This document shows positions 48,267-56,746 of a stretch of 64,000 nt of DNA, piece after piece (position 1 is the stretch's first letter; every line of letters begins with the position of its first letter). The translations under genes were made by a program, and so were the position numbers. The DNA comes from a virus (lineage: Duplodnaviria > Heunggongvirae > Uroviricota > Caudoviricetes). Below the pieces are notes generated by a model that saw nothing but the letters and a program-made list of their open reading frames with translations, was not told the origin of the DNA and searched no databases. The DNA is taken from IMG/VR virus record IMGVR_UViG_3300031760_000006, positions 91,127 through 155,126 of that record. One strand, written 5' to 3'.

Positions 48267-48354
48267 GTCGTAACCAGAATCACTCACTTGGTGCCACAGT
48301 TCGTACCATATATTAGTCGTAACCAGAATCACTCACTTGGTGCCACAGTTCGTA
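48267..48354. repeat. 40-bp direct repeat GTCGTAACCAGAATCACTCACTTGGTGCCACAGTTCGTAC, two copies with a 48-bp period
   Basis: Identical copies lie at 48267..48306 and 48315..48354. Confidence 0.8.
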
Positions 48355-48542
48355 CTAATCTTACACTCGGAGATGTATCCCCAAGGACATAGTATATCCC
48401 ATGATATTCAGCTAAAACTCAACTGTGGTCAGTTGATACGAGCCGTTGGGAGTCGAACCCATATAGCCACCTATTGGCACGGTCGCAGACTAGGGATTGT
48501 GGGTCTATGGTATTGTTATAGTTGTGGGTCTGGTGTATAGTC

Positions 48543-49220
48543 CTACTTCGCCTTCTTCTCCCACTTCTTCACCTTAAAGGTGAACTTACGTGGTGTGATA
48601 GCCTTGGCTTCAATCATGAAGTCAATGGCATCACGGAGTAAGCCGTCTCTCCATGTAGCATAAGTCTGAGCTGTCCGCAGGATACCTCTCTGATACCTCT
48701 GCTTGCGTGTAGAGTTCTTCTTGCCCATGAAAGCTACAAGTGCCTGCACGGTCTCGATGTGTGCTTCTACACCGTTCTGCTCAAGCCAGTTTGCCAGTGC
48801 GACTACCAGTTTGGTGCTGTCCAAGCTATCAATGTACTCCACGTAGGCGTTATACATCTCACGGTTCACCAGTGCCTGTCCGTCTTTCAAGCGGTCATTC
48901 TTCACCTTTTGAGCGGCCTGTTTAGCGGTCTTGTACTCCTCGATGTCCGCATAGAGCTTGGTATTTTCTTTCCGCAAGTCCAGTATGGTCGCATTCCTCA
49001 CGATAGTCTTCTTCTCCTCGAGTTTGGCGATGTCGGCGTTATTCTGCTCAATCATGCCCTTGCGGTTCGCAATGGAGTTGTTGATTTCATTCAGGGTATC
49101 ATCCAGCTCCAGAATGGCATTGGCATATTTGCCGAGGGTTACACAGAACCCCTTTGCATCCTTACGGTTGAAGTCACACTTGCCAGTCTTGATTTCGCTA
49201 ATTGTTGTGTATGTTGTCAT
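48543..49220 (-). CDS. coiled-coil hypothetical protein. GC content is visibly higher than in the rest of the window.
   Basis: Start moved to MTTYTT, which has an AGGAGG RBS. 225 aa. Confidence 0.45.
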   Translation of the reverse strand: MTTYTTISEIKTGKCDFNRKDAKGFCVTLGKYANAILELDDTLNEINNSIANRKGMIEQNNADIAKLEEKKTIVRNATILDLRKENTKLYADIEEYKTAKQAAQKVKNDRLKDGQALVNREMYNAYVEYIDSLDSTKLVVALANWLEQNGVEAHIETVQALVAFMGKKNSTRKQRYQRGILRTAQTYATWRDGLLRDAIDFMIEAKAITPRKFTFKVKKWEKKAK

Positions 49221-49325
49221 AATAATCCTCCTATTCTGGGGGCATCCCCCTATGCATATTGTGTGTTTTATTATGACCCACAATCCCTCAATGGTCGTTT
49301 GAGTACCCGACAGTAGAAACTTTAG

Positions 49326-49499
49326 TTAAAGTTAAAAATCTTATCAGCTTCCTTTAATTCATTGATATACTCATCAACAATTTTTTCACTCGCAATTGCC
49401 AAAAGACGGTTTTTAAGTTTAACGTAATCCGTTGGCTCTCCCTCGTGTTCGCAAGCGTGTTCTAATATGATAGCATCCATTTCCCATGTAGTCATTTCA
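49326..49499 (-). CDS. small hypothetical protein (57 aa, below the track cutoff)
   Basis: Translated by hand as MTTWEMDAIILEHACEHEGEPTDYVKLKNRLLAIASEKIVDEYINELKEADKIFNFN. Confidence 0.25.
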
Positions 49500-49896
49500 A
49501 TCCCCCCCTAAAAAATCGGTCGGGTGCTCAAATGACCATTGAGTCCTAGCCCGTATGAAATTACCAAGGTACAAGGCGACCGTTTCGGTCTTGGTTTTCA
49601 GTTTCGGTCGAAAGGCTGTTGTCTTTCGACTTGACCCTCTTATACACGATATAAATGAAAAGGCAAATCTTTTTTGAAAGCCTCAAAACCCGCATAAACA
49701 GTGGCTCTTTAAGGTAAAACAAACTATAATTTGTTTGACTTTAGAGGGGGCTGCTTTCAACCCCGAAAGACCCTTTAAACAAGCCACTCTTGGGATGCGG
49801 TCTGCTTCTACACTGACTAAAAAATCAATTCGCAATATTAATCGTTTTTTAACCAATCTCATCTTAAAATTCTTAATCTTTACCCTCATCCATAAC

Positions 49897-49983
49897 TTAT
49901 CCACAATTTATCCACAATTCCACCAACTCCCCATCTCCCCACCGCACTTGACAAAAATCGATTTTTGTGGTATACTATCCACA
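49897..49983. promoter_or_regulatory. cluster of three DnaA boxes: TTATCCACA at 49897..49905 and 49908..49916, cTATCCACA at 49975..49983
   Basis: All three are exact matches to the DnaA box consensus TTATNCACA. The third overlaps the promoter -10 region. Confidence 0.6.
49948..49976 (+). promoter_or_regulatory. sigma70-type promoter TTGACA-17-TATACT (TG-extended) for the rightward arm
   Basis: TTGACAaaaatcgatttttgtggTATACT. A CCACACCAA x3 repeat lies in the 5' UTR. Confidence 0.6.
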
Positions 49984-50079
49984 ACGTCAAACTACGACTA
50001 TTTAATTTCGTTCGTTTGCTACGTTCCCAAACCACACCAACCCACACCAACCACACCACGAAAGGAAGGTGACATTCCA

Positions 50080-50496
50080 ATGTCCAACGCAACCCTTAGA
50101 CTTATAACCCAGCCATCGGATACCCTTCATTTAATGGATATCCCCTATGACACAACCTATGTAGCCATTAGACCCCGTTATGAAGACCCAGTAGAAGACT
50201 CTGAAACAGATTCCACCACAGATTCCACACCAACCCTTACCCACTACGAAATCCAAGTCGGGCCACCAACTGACTTTACTAAAATCTGGGTTATGGCTAC
50301 TTACTCCTCTCTTGAAATAGCTACTTATGCTTTTGACTTAATGTTACAAACCGCTTTTAATAATGAAGAAATGTTTTTTCAGTTTCCGACTGAAGACGCT
50401 ATTTTAGAATTTATTGAAGCAGAACAGGAACTAGAACAGGAATCAGAACAGGAACAGAAGCTGGAACAAAAGCAAGCTAACAAATACCTTAATTAA
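50080..50496 (+). CDS. hypothetical protein with acidic EQELEQESEQEQKLEQKQ C-terminal repeat
   Basis: Start at MSNATLRL with a GGAAGGTGA RBS. The track ORF begins further upstream. Confidence 0.45.
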   Translation: MSNATLRLITQPSDTLHLMDIPYDTTYVAIRPRYEDPVEDSETDSTTDSTPTLTHYEIQVGPPTDFTKIWVMATYSSLEIATYAFDLMLQTAFNNEEMFFQFPTEDAILEFIEAEQELEQESEQEQKLEQKQANKYLN

Positions 50497-50578
50497 ATAA
50501 CAGCCGGGGGGGTTATTAAAAACTTCATCGAGAATTACTTTGTTAATTGCATCTTTACCTTATATAAAAGGAGAAAAA

Positions 50579-50941
50579 ATGTCTCAAACTCAAACAAAAA
50601 CTCAAACAAAAACTCAAACAAAAACTCAGACCCAAACAACAGAACAACTAACAGAACAATTAACCACACCACTACTAACCAAAAACCAAACCCTTTACTT
50701 CGCACGAATCCTACCACCATCATTCAACCTCTACGAACTTAAAATTCGCACCGTAGCAGATACTTATTTCGTAGGAACAGACAAACGAACCAAACACGCT
50801 TTCTTATTCTCTTATCATGATATAGGTAAATCCGTATTTCTAAATCGTTCTGATGCTTTGGAATTGGTTAAGAAAGCCGAAGCTAGATATAAGGAAGAAC
50901 ATAAGGACGATGTCGTTAATGATGAAGAAGAATGGCTTTGA
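50579..50941 (+). CDS. hypothetical protein with N-terminal QTKT tandem repeat
   Basis: AAAGGAGA RBS. A 12-nt tandem DNA repeat (aaactcaaacaa, about 3.5 copies) encodes the repeat. Confidence 0.45.
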   Translation: MSQTQTKTQTKTQTKTQTQTTEQLTEQLTTPLLTKNQTLYFARILPPSFNLYELKIRTVADTYFVGTDKRTKHAFLFSYHDIGKSVFLNRSDALELVKKAEARYKEEHKDDVVNDEEEWL

Positions 50942-51049
50942 ACGGCTTTAATTCTTTTCTTGTTAATTTATAACTAATTAAATTAAATATCAATCAATTA
51001 TTTACATTATTTACATTATTTATATTATTTATTAAAAGGAGAAATTCAC

Positions 51050-51319
51050 ATGATTATTGAGAACAAAAAAATTTACAAATCCGATGACGGAAAAGAATTC
51101 AACACAGAAGAAGCTTGCTTATATTATGAAAAGACACTTGCCGAAAAACGTAAAGCAGAACGTGAACGTAAACTCAAGGCAGAGAAAAAACAGAAAGACT
51201 ACGAGGCTATTGTAGACTCTATCAAGAAATTCAACAAAGAATACAACACAAATCATCGCCTTTGGATTGATGATACAGCTGCTACTGCTACAGAACTGTT
51301 TGATTTGTTATTTAAATAA
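51050..51319 (+). CDS. small protein, member of the YxxDGKEFxxxEEC paralog family
   Basis: The N-terminus KIYKSDDGKEFNTEEAC is shared with 55407..55775 and 58218..58589. Confidence 0.45.
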   Translation: MIIENKKIYKSDDGKEFNTEEACLYYEKTLAEKRKAERERKLKAEKKQKDYEAIVDSIKKFNKEYNTNHRLWIDDTAATATELFDLLFK

Positions 51320-51344
51320 AGAAATAAGAAAAAGGAGAATTCAC

Positions 51345-51815
51345 ATGATTAACATACTTAAAATGCCAAAACCCGACTATCGACATAAAACTGATACGAC
51401 ATACACAAAACCAATTAACCGAGAAGTGACCTGTGATGAGTGTGAAGCCATTCTCTCCTACGAATCCATCGCTGACACTCATGTCGGAGAATTCGGAGCG
51501 AGATATATCACCTGTCCTTACTGTGACAACGAAATCTTAACAGAAGAAGAAGGCATTACTGTCACCGTAGACAATTTGGAAGAAGAATATTTCACTGACT
51601 TTACCAAAGGTGTAGAGATTGACTTTGACAAGGTAAAAAAGTGGATTGAAATTGCGGTAAAATACCTTGAACAAAACCATGATGAAAGCTATTACTTCTC
51701 TTCTTCTGGAAACACTTTTGTTTGCGTATTTCGTGGCGATGGAGATGAATGCGATTATTTCGTGCTTTGGTGTCCTTATGGTTACAAAGAAGTCGAGTTA
51801 AAACAGAGATTTTAG
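51345..51815 (+). CDS. zinc-ribbon hypothetical protein (CDECEA...CPYCDN)
   Basis: Start at MINILK with an AAAAGGAGAA RBS. Confidence 0.45.
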   Translation: MINILKMPKPDYRHKTDTTYTKPINREVTCDECEAILSYESIADTHVGEFGARYITCPYCDNEILTEEEGITVTVDNLEEEYFTDFTKGVEIDFDKVKKWIEIAVKYLEQNHDESYYFSSSGNTFVCVFRGDGDECDYFVLWCPYGYKEVELKQRF

Positions 51816-52047
51816 TAGGTAAATTATGAACATTGTATTTTATTTTATTGTAATTTTAATTGCTATCTTGTTGTGGGCATTGCTAGGTTTTGTATTCATT
51901 CCATTGGGCAAGTTCCTTTATAAACTAATCAAAGACCCAGTGGACATCATGATGCAAAATAGTGAAGACAACAAGGATAACGAAAATAAATAAATAAAAA
52001 CAAATAAAAACAAACAAAATAATAAAAAAAAATAAGGAGAATAATAA

Positions 52048-52908
52048 ATGAAAAAAGGATTAATCGGTGGAATTAGTTTAGCGGTCATCATTCTTTTTAC
52101 TCTCATCAGCTTAATCATTTGCACAGAGAGAATCCCAGTAGGATACGTTGGCGTTGTTTACAGCATGTCAGGCGGTGTCAAAGATGAAACCTTATCTCAG
52201 GGATGGCATATCATTAGCCCAACTAAGAAGATTAAGTTATTCACTATCAGCAACGAACAGTTACTCTTAACCAAAGACAAGAGAGAAGGCAGTGATTCAG
52301 ACGAATCATTTAGAGTATCTACTTCTGATGACGCATCACTTGCCATCTCTTTTCAGATGTCCTACAGATTTAATCCAGCTAAAGTCGTAAATACTTATAA
52401 GCGATTCAAAGGAATGGACGGCGAAGACATTGTCAATCAGCGTGTAAGAACTGTTCTTAAATCTAAGATTTCTGAAATCACTACTAACTATTCTCTTATG
52501 GACATTTACTCAGGCAATCGAGCCGAAATTAACGATAAAATTACGGAATACTTAGACAAGGAATTTGACGAGGAATTTGGAATCGAAGTGATTGATGCTT
52601 CTATTATTGATGCTCATCCCGACAAACAGCTCAAGAAAGCAATTAACAACAGAATTGAAGCACTTCAGAAGAAACAGCAAGCACAGGCAGAGCAGGAAAC
52701 TGCAAAGGTTGAAGCAGGAACTAAATTGATTCAGGCACAGAATGAGGCAGATATTAAAATTACAAAAGCAAAAGCCGAAGCTGAAGCAAATACTATTATC
52801 TCCGCTTCTATTACTAATGAATTAATTAAGATGACTGAGGCAGAAGCTAGAAAGAAGCATGGATGGGTTACCACACAGGGTGTCAGTGCTGTTGTGACAG
52901 ATAAATAG
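52048..52908 (+). CDS. SPFH/band-7 (stomatin/prohibitin/HflKC-like) membrane protein
   Basis: Has an N-terminal TM helix, a PVGYVGVV...SQGWHII SPFH core, and a C-terminal Ala/Glu/Lys/Gln-rich coiled coil. Confidence 0.7.
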   Translation: MKKGLIGGISLAVIILFTLISLIICTERIPVGYVGVVYSMSGGVKDETLSQGWHIISPTKKIKLFTISNEQLLLTKDKREGSDSDESFRVSTSDDASLAISFQMSYRFNPAKVVNTYKRFKGMDGEDIVNQRVRTVLKSKISEITTNYSLMDIYSGNRAEINDKITEYLDKEFDEEFGIEVIDASIIDAHPDKQLKKAINNRIEALQKKQQAQAEQETAKVEAGTKLIQAQNEADIKITKAKAEAEANTIISASITNELIKMTEAEARKKHGWVTTQGVSAVVTDK

Positions 52909-52927
52909 GAGGAAATAAGGAGAGTAA

Positions 52928-53245
52928 ATGAGTTGGTTTTATAAGGTAGAACCAAAATATAAAAAATGCACAAAAGAGGAACTGATAGAATATTTAAGAA
53001 AATATCCTAGAACATTTCATAGTGATGTTTTTATGGGTTGTGTTTCTTATTATGATTTTTCAACAGCTCCCTATTGGCCTGAAGCCTTAATGATTGCACA
53101 GTACAGCATAGAATATGGAGAATCTGATTGGAGAATATGTACAAATGCAGAAGAGGTATTTGATTCACGCATCGCCAATCGATGGGAAAAGTATGAAAAT
53201 GGAAAATGGATTAAAACTATTGATGGAAAGGAAATAAAGGAATAA
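52928..53245 (+). CDS. hypothetical protein
   Basis: 105-aa ORF with a GGAGG RBS. Confidence 0.4.
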   Translation: MSWFYKVEPKYKKCTKEELIEYLRKYPRTFHSDVFMGCVSYYDFSTAPYWPEALMIAQYSIEYGESDWRICTNAEEVFDSRIANRWEKYENGKWIKTIDGKEIKE

Positions 53246-53249
53246 ATAA

Positions 53250-54563
53250 ATGAGTTATTGTGCTTACATCACGACAATAAATAGCATCAGTAAGCACCCT
53301 AATGCCGACCGTCTTCAGATAGTAGAAGTATTTGGTCTTCATGTTATTGTTGATAATTCTTACTACAAAGGACAAAGAGTTGTTTACTTCCCTGTTGATG
53401 GTCAGCTAGATTTAGGTTTTGCTGATGAAAATAATTTGATTAGAAAAAAAGATGAAAATGGTAATAATATTGGCGGTTACATGGATGCTAATAAAAGAAA
53501 TATTACTGCCATTAAATTACGAGGAGAAAAGTCAGAAGGATTATTACTTCCTATTGAATCTCTGTCTAAATATACTGATATCACTAAATTAAATGATGGT
53601 GATACAATTACCATCTTGGGTGACGTTGAAATATGTAAGAAATATATCCCAAGAACGAATAGAAGAATAAGAAATGGTAACAACAATCGCAAAAATAAGA
53701 AACACCATGTAGATGTAGCTCCATTATTTGAGCGTCATGTTGAAACAGAACAGCTTGCATATCATTTGAGTGATTTTTATGTTGGTGACCAAATTCAGAT
53801 TACGCTTAAAATGCATGGTACATCACAAAGGACTGGCTATCTTCCTGTGCTACAGGGGTATAAAAGAACTATTCTTGATAAGCTGTTCCGTAGAGAAGGT
53901 AAGCCAATTTATGAATATGGGTATGTTCATGGAACAAGACGTACTGTATTAGACAATTTTGATAACGGGTATTATGGTAATGATTCGTTCCGCAAGCCTT
54001 CGGCAGAATTCTTCGAAGGAAAGCTTCATAAAGGTGAAACTGTTTATTATGAAGTAGTTGGTTATGTTAATGAAACTACGCCAATTATGCCGTCTGGAAA
54101 CAATAAGAAAGTTGGAAAAGATTTTGTCAAACAATATGGTGATACCACTACATTTAATTATAGTTGTGGTAAAGGACAATCTGATTTTTATGTGTATAGG
54201 ATGACAATGACTAACGAAGATGGAGATGTTTTTGAATACTCTCCTCACCAAATTAAATACCGTTGCGAACAAATGGGTTGTAAATATGTCCCAGTCTTTA
54301 TGGAATCTTTTATTCCAAATGGTACAATTGTTAGTGCTGGTGAATGGGTAAAACGATGTGCTGAAGAGTATTATGACGGAGCAGACCCAATAGGTAAAAA
54401 TCACATTAGAGAAGGTGTTGTCATAAGAATTGTTAACTGCCCCAAGTTTACGGCATATAAACACAAGAATTTCAATTTTAAATTATTGGCTGGAATTATT
54501 ACGGACAACTTGAAGGATTCGCAGATTGAGAAAATGTCAGAAGATTTGTTAAGTGAAATTTAA
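53250..54563 (+). CDS. Rnl2-like ATP-dependent RNA ligase fused to an N-terminal tRNA-binding (EMAP/Myf-like OB) domain
   Basis: SKHPNADRLQIVEVFG resembles the tRNA_bind signature. Motif I is KMHGTS (Rnl2 type KxHGxN). Motif IV is EGVVIR. Motif V is YKHKNFNF. Confidence 0.6.
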   Translation: MSYCAYITTINSISKHPNADRLQIVEVFGLHVIVDNSYYKGQRVVYFPVDGQLDLGFADENNLIRKKDENGNNIGGYMDANKRNITAIKLRGEKSEGLLLPIESLSKYTDITKLNDGDTITILGDVEICKKYIPRTNRRIRNGNNNRKNKKHHVDVAPLFERHVETEQLAYHLSDFYVGDQIQITLKMHGTSQRTGYLPVLQGYKRTILDKLFRREGKPIYEYGYVHGTRRTVLDNFDNGYYGNDSFRKPSAEFFEGKLHKGETVYYEVVGYVNETTPIMPSGNNKKVGKDFVKQYGDTTTFNYSCGKGQSDFYVYRMTMTNEDGDVFEYSPHQIKYRCEQMGCKYVPVFMESFIPNGTIVSAGEWVKRCAEEYYDGADPIGKNHIREGVVIRIVNCPKFTAYKHKNFNFKLLAGIITDNLKDSQIEKMSEDLLSEI

Positions 54564-54594
54564 AATAAAATTTAATAAAGAAAAGAGATTTAAA

Positions 54595-54756
54595 ATGATT
54601 AAATTAATTATTGTATTTATTATTGGTTCGTTTTGTGGAGTATTTTTAATCGCCCTTTGTTACAACAGTAAAGTAAGCGAAGAAATCTACGCTGATGTAA
54701 TAAGTAAATTGGAATCAGAAAATAATGATTTAAATAAGGAGAATTCTAATGAATAA
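54595..54756 (+). CDS. small membrane protein
   Basis: The MIKLIIVFIIGSFCGVFLIALCY region is hydrophobic. ATG start with an RBS. The track ORF began at a GTG codon. Confidence 0.3.
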   Translation: MIKLIIVFIIGSFCGVFLIALCYNSKVSEEIYADVISKLESENNDLNKENSNE

Positions 54757-55348
54757 AAAAAGACAGAAATTATTTAATGTTCACATCGTAACTCCCAGTC
54801 ACCCCGCTTTTGAAAAAGCCGAAAAACATCTTGTTGATTATCACACTCATGGCTTGGAAAAATTAGGTTTAAAAAATGTATGTATGTTTTATGATTGTGG
54901 AAACGATGATTTAAAAGTCTCTTCTTATGGAACAACAAGAAATACTGTTTCACGCAAAAGTGTTGAATTATTTTATGATGTCATTGACATGATGATAGAT
55001 GGAGAAAAATTTGAACCGTACCATGTTCATTTTTTAGACGACCCTATAGATGGCACTTACAAGAGGTTTTGGCTCATTGAAAACGAAGATAGTGACAGCA
55101 ACGAGATACGATTAAGAATTATGCCTTTATCTGATGATGTTAATGATTTTGTACCTTATGAAATTACAGAAATTGAAAAAGTAATTACTATTTATGAATC
55201 TTGGATTGATGGTGTAGGTATAATCCCCGAAGGTTTAACTAAACAGGATATTGTTGAAAGAATTGAAGAATTAACTAATAGAACACCTGATGCCTTACTT
55301 GAATACATTAGCTTTCTTAAGTTTATTGAAATGGGAAACGCAATTTAA
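54749..55348 (+). CDS. hypothetical protein
   Basis: 199-aa ORF. Confidence 0.45.
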   Translation: MNKKRQKLFNVHIVTPSHPAFEKAEKHLVDYHTHGLEKLGLKNVCMFYDCGNDDLKVSSYGTTRNTVSRKSVELFYDVIDMMIDGEKFEPYHVHFLDDPIDGTYKRFWLIENEDSDSNEIRLRIMPLSDDVNDFVPYEITEIEKVITIYESWIDGVGIIPEGLTKQDIVERIEELTNRTPDALLEYISFLKFIEMGNAI

Positions 55349-55406
55349 ATTTGATTATTAAAAACTAAAAACTAAAAAAACTGAATAAGTTAAACGAGGT
55401 AAACAA

Positions 55407-55775
55407 ATGAAAATAAGAACAATCTACATCGCCAATGACGGCGAAGAATTCGACTCAAAAGAGGAATGTAAAGCTCATGAGGAACTCATTGCTCCACCAA
55501 GCAGTGAGTCTCTCTTCATGGCAGATAAAGACCTTAATGTAGTTAAAAACACCGGGAATAATGTAGAATCTAAAGCTTATTATATCCAAATAAAAGACCA
55601 AAAAGCTATTGATTGGTTGGCTTGGGTAAGTGAAGAATGGGGCTGCTCTGTTCCTAATAAAATCGGTTGTTTTTATTATGTCGATGGATGGTCTGAGGAC
55701 GGCTGGAATGACATTCAAGAAAAATTCGATGCTGTAAATAAAATCAAAGAAATATTTAAACTGAAGAACAAATGA
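55407..55775 (+). CDS. paralog family member (YIANDGEEFDSKEEC ... WGCSVPNKIGCF)
   Basis: Shares N-terminal and C-terminal motifs with 58218..58589. Confidence 0.45.
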   Translation: MKIRTIYIANDGEEFDSKEECKAHEELIAPPSSESLFMADKDLNVVKNTGNNVESKAYYIQIKDQKAIDWLAWVSEEWGCSVPNKIGCFYYVDGWSEDGWNDIQEKFDAVNKIKEIFKLKNK

Positions 55776-55788
55776 AAGGTTATAACAA

Positions 55789-56301
55789 ATGAAAGGTTAT
55801 AAAGTATTTAACTCCGACTGGACTTGTCGAGGATTTCAATACGAAGTTGGAAAAACATATGAAATGTATGAAACACCAATAATATGTGAAAAAGGTTTTC
55901 ATTTTTGTACAGAATTAAAGAACTGTTTTAATTATTATCCATTTCGTTTTCTTAAAATAAAGATTGCAGAAGTAGAAGCACTTGGCGATTGTTATAATAA
56001 AGATGGTGAAAAATACTGTACAAATAAAATCAAAATTATTCGAGAGATTCCTATTAATAATTTAGAACTAGTTGTTGAACATAAAGTTTTGAGAATGTTT
56101 AGTCTAATAGAATATAATGTCGGAGAAATTGTTGATAGTTCTTGTAAAAATATTGTCTATTCTGATTTTCCAATGCTTGAAGAAAGGGTAACAGTATTGT
56201 CTAAATTGCGTTACCCTAATTACCATTGGATGTATAAAGTACAAGCTTATGTAATTACAGATGTAAAAATTAAAGAGGAGAACGAGGATGAAGGGATATA
56301 A
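55789..56301 (+). CDS. hypothetical protein, tandem paralog 1 (MKGYKVFNSDWTCRGFQYEVGKTYEM)
   Basis: The first 26 aa are identical to the next ORF. Confidence 0.5.
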   Translation: MKGYKVFNSDWTCRGFQYEVGKTYEMYETPIICEKGFHFCTELKNCFNYYPFRFLKIKIAEVEALGDCYNKDGEKYCTNKIKIIREIPINNLELVVEHKVLRMFSLIEYNVGEIVDSSCKNIVYSDFPMLEERVTVLSKLRYPNYHWMYKVQAYVITDVKIKEENEDEGI

Positions 56302-56746
56302 GGTATTCAATTCTGATTGGACTTGTCGAGGTTTTCAGTATGAAGTTGGCAAGACATATGAAATGAATAAAATGCCAGTAATCTGCGAATGCGGCTTTCA
56401 TTTTTGCACAGACCCAAAAGACTGCTTCAGATATTATCAATTTTGGGACGATGTTAAAATTGCCGAGATTGAAGCACTAGGCGACATCGACAGAGAACAC
56501 ATGAGCGGTAAATATTGCACGAACAAAATAAAAATAATAAGGGAATTATCTTTAAAAGATGCAAAAATAGAGACTGAAACTATAAGAGTAAATCCAATAC
56601 TTTTTTTAGTCAATTATAATATAATTTTACATCCACCATTGGCTTGTCCAGCAAAACTAGAAGAACATACTTTTATAAATCCAAAAGATGTCAGTTATGT
56701 AAAACTAGAAGTAATCAAATCTATTACTTTTTCGGAGGAAGAATAA
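56288..56746 (+). CDS. hypothetical protein, tandem paralog 2
   Basis: Same N-terminal 26 aa. The conserved KYCTNKIKIIRE block is present. Confidence 0.5.
   Translation: MKGYKVFNSDWTCRGFQYEVGKTYEMNKMPVICECGFHFCTDPKDCFRYYQFWDDVKIAEIEALGDIDREHMSGKYCTNKIKIIRELSLKDAKIETETIRVNPILFLVNYNIILHPPLACPAKLEEHTFINPKDVSYVKLEVIKSITFSEEE

Larger units (their letters stand above)
47040..48540. other. 1.5 kb ORF-free region with higher GC than the flanking genome. Candidate structured ncRNA or tRNA-like region.
   Basis: No ORF of 70 aa or more on either strand. The only track ORFs are a mutually overlapping 66/61-aa pair at 47935..48151, judged spurious. The region contains T-arm-like motifs at about 47061..47075 and 48446..48462 and a 40-bp direct repeat. 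Confidence 0.4.

Noticed and set aside
47055-48480. Calling the two T-arm-containing segments canonical tRNAs, including a suppressor with a UUA anticodon.
   Set aside because: No 7-bp acceptor stem or convincing D-arm could be built by hand. Anticodon-loop positions 33 and 37 are non-canonical in either register. Kept only as tRNA-like motifs pending tRNAscan-SE or Infernal.
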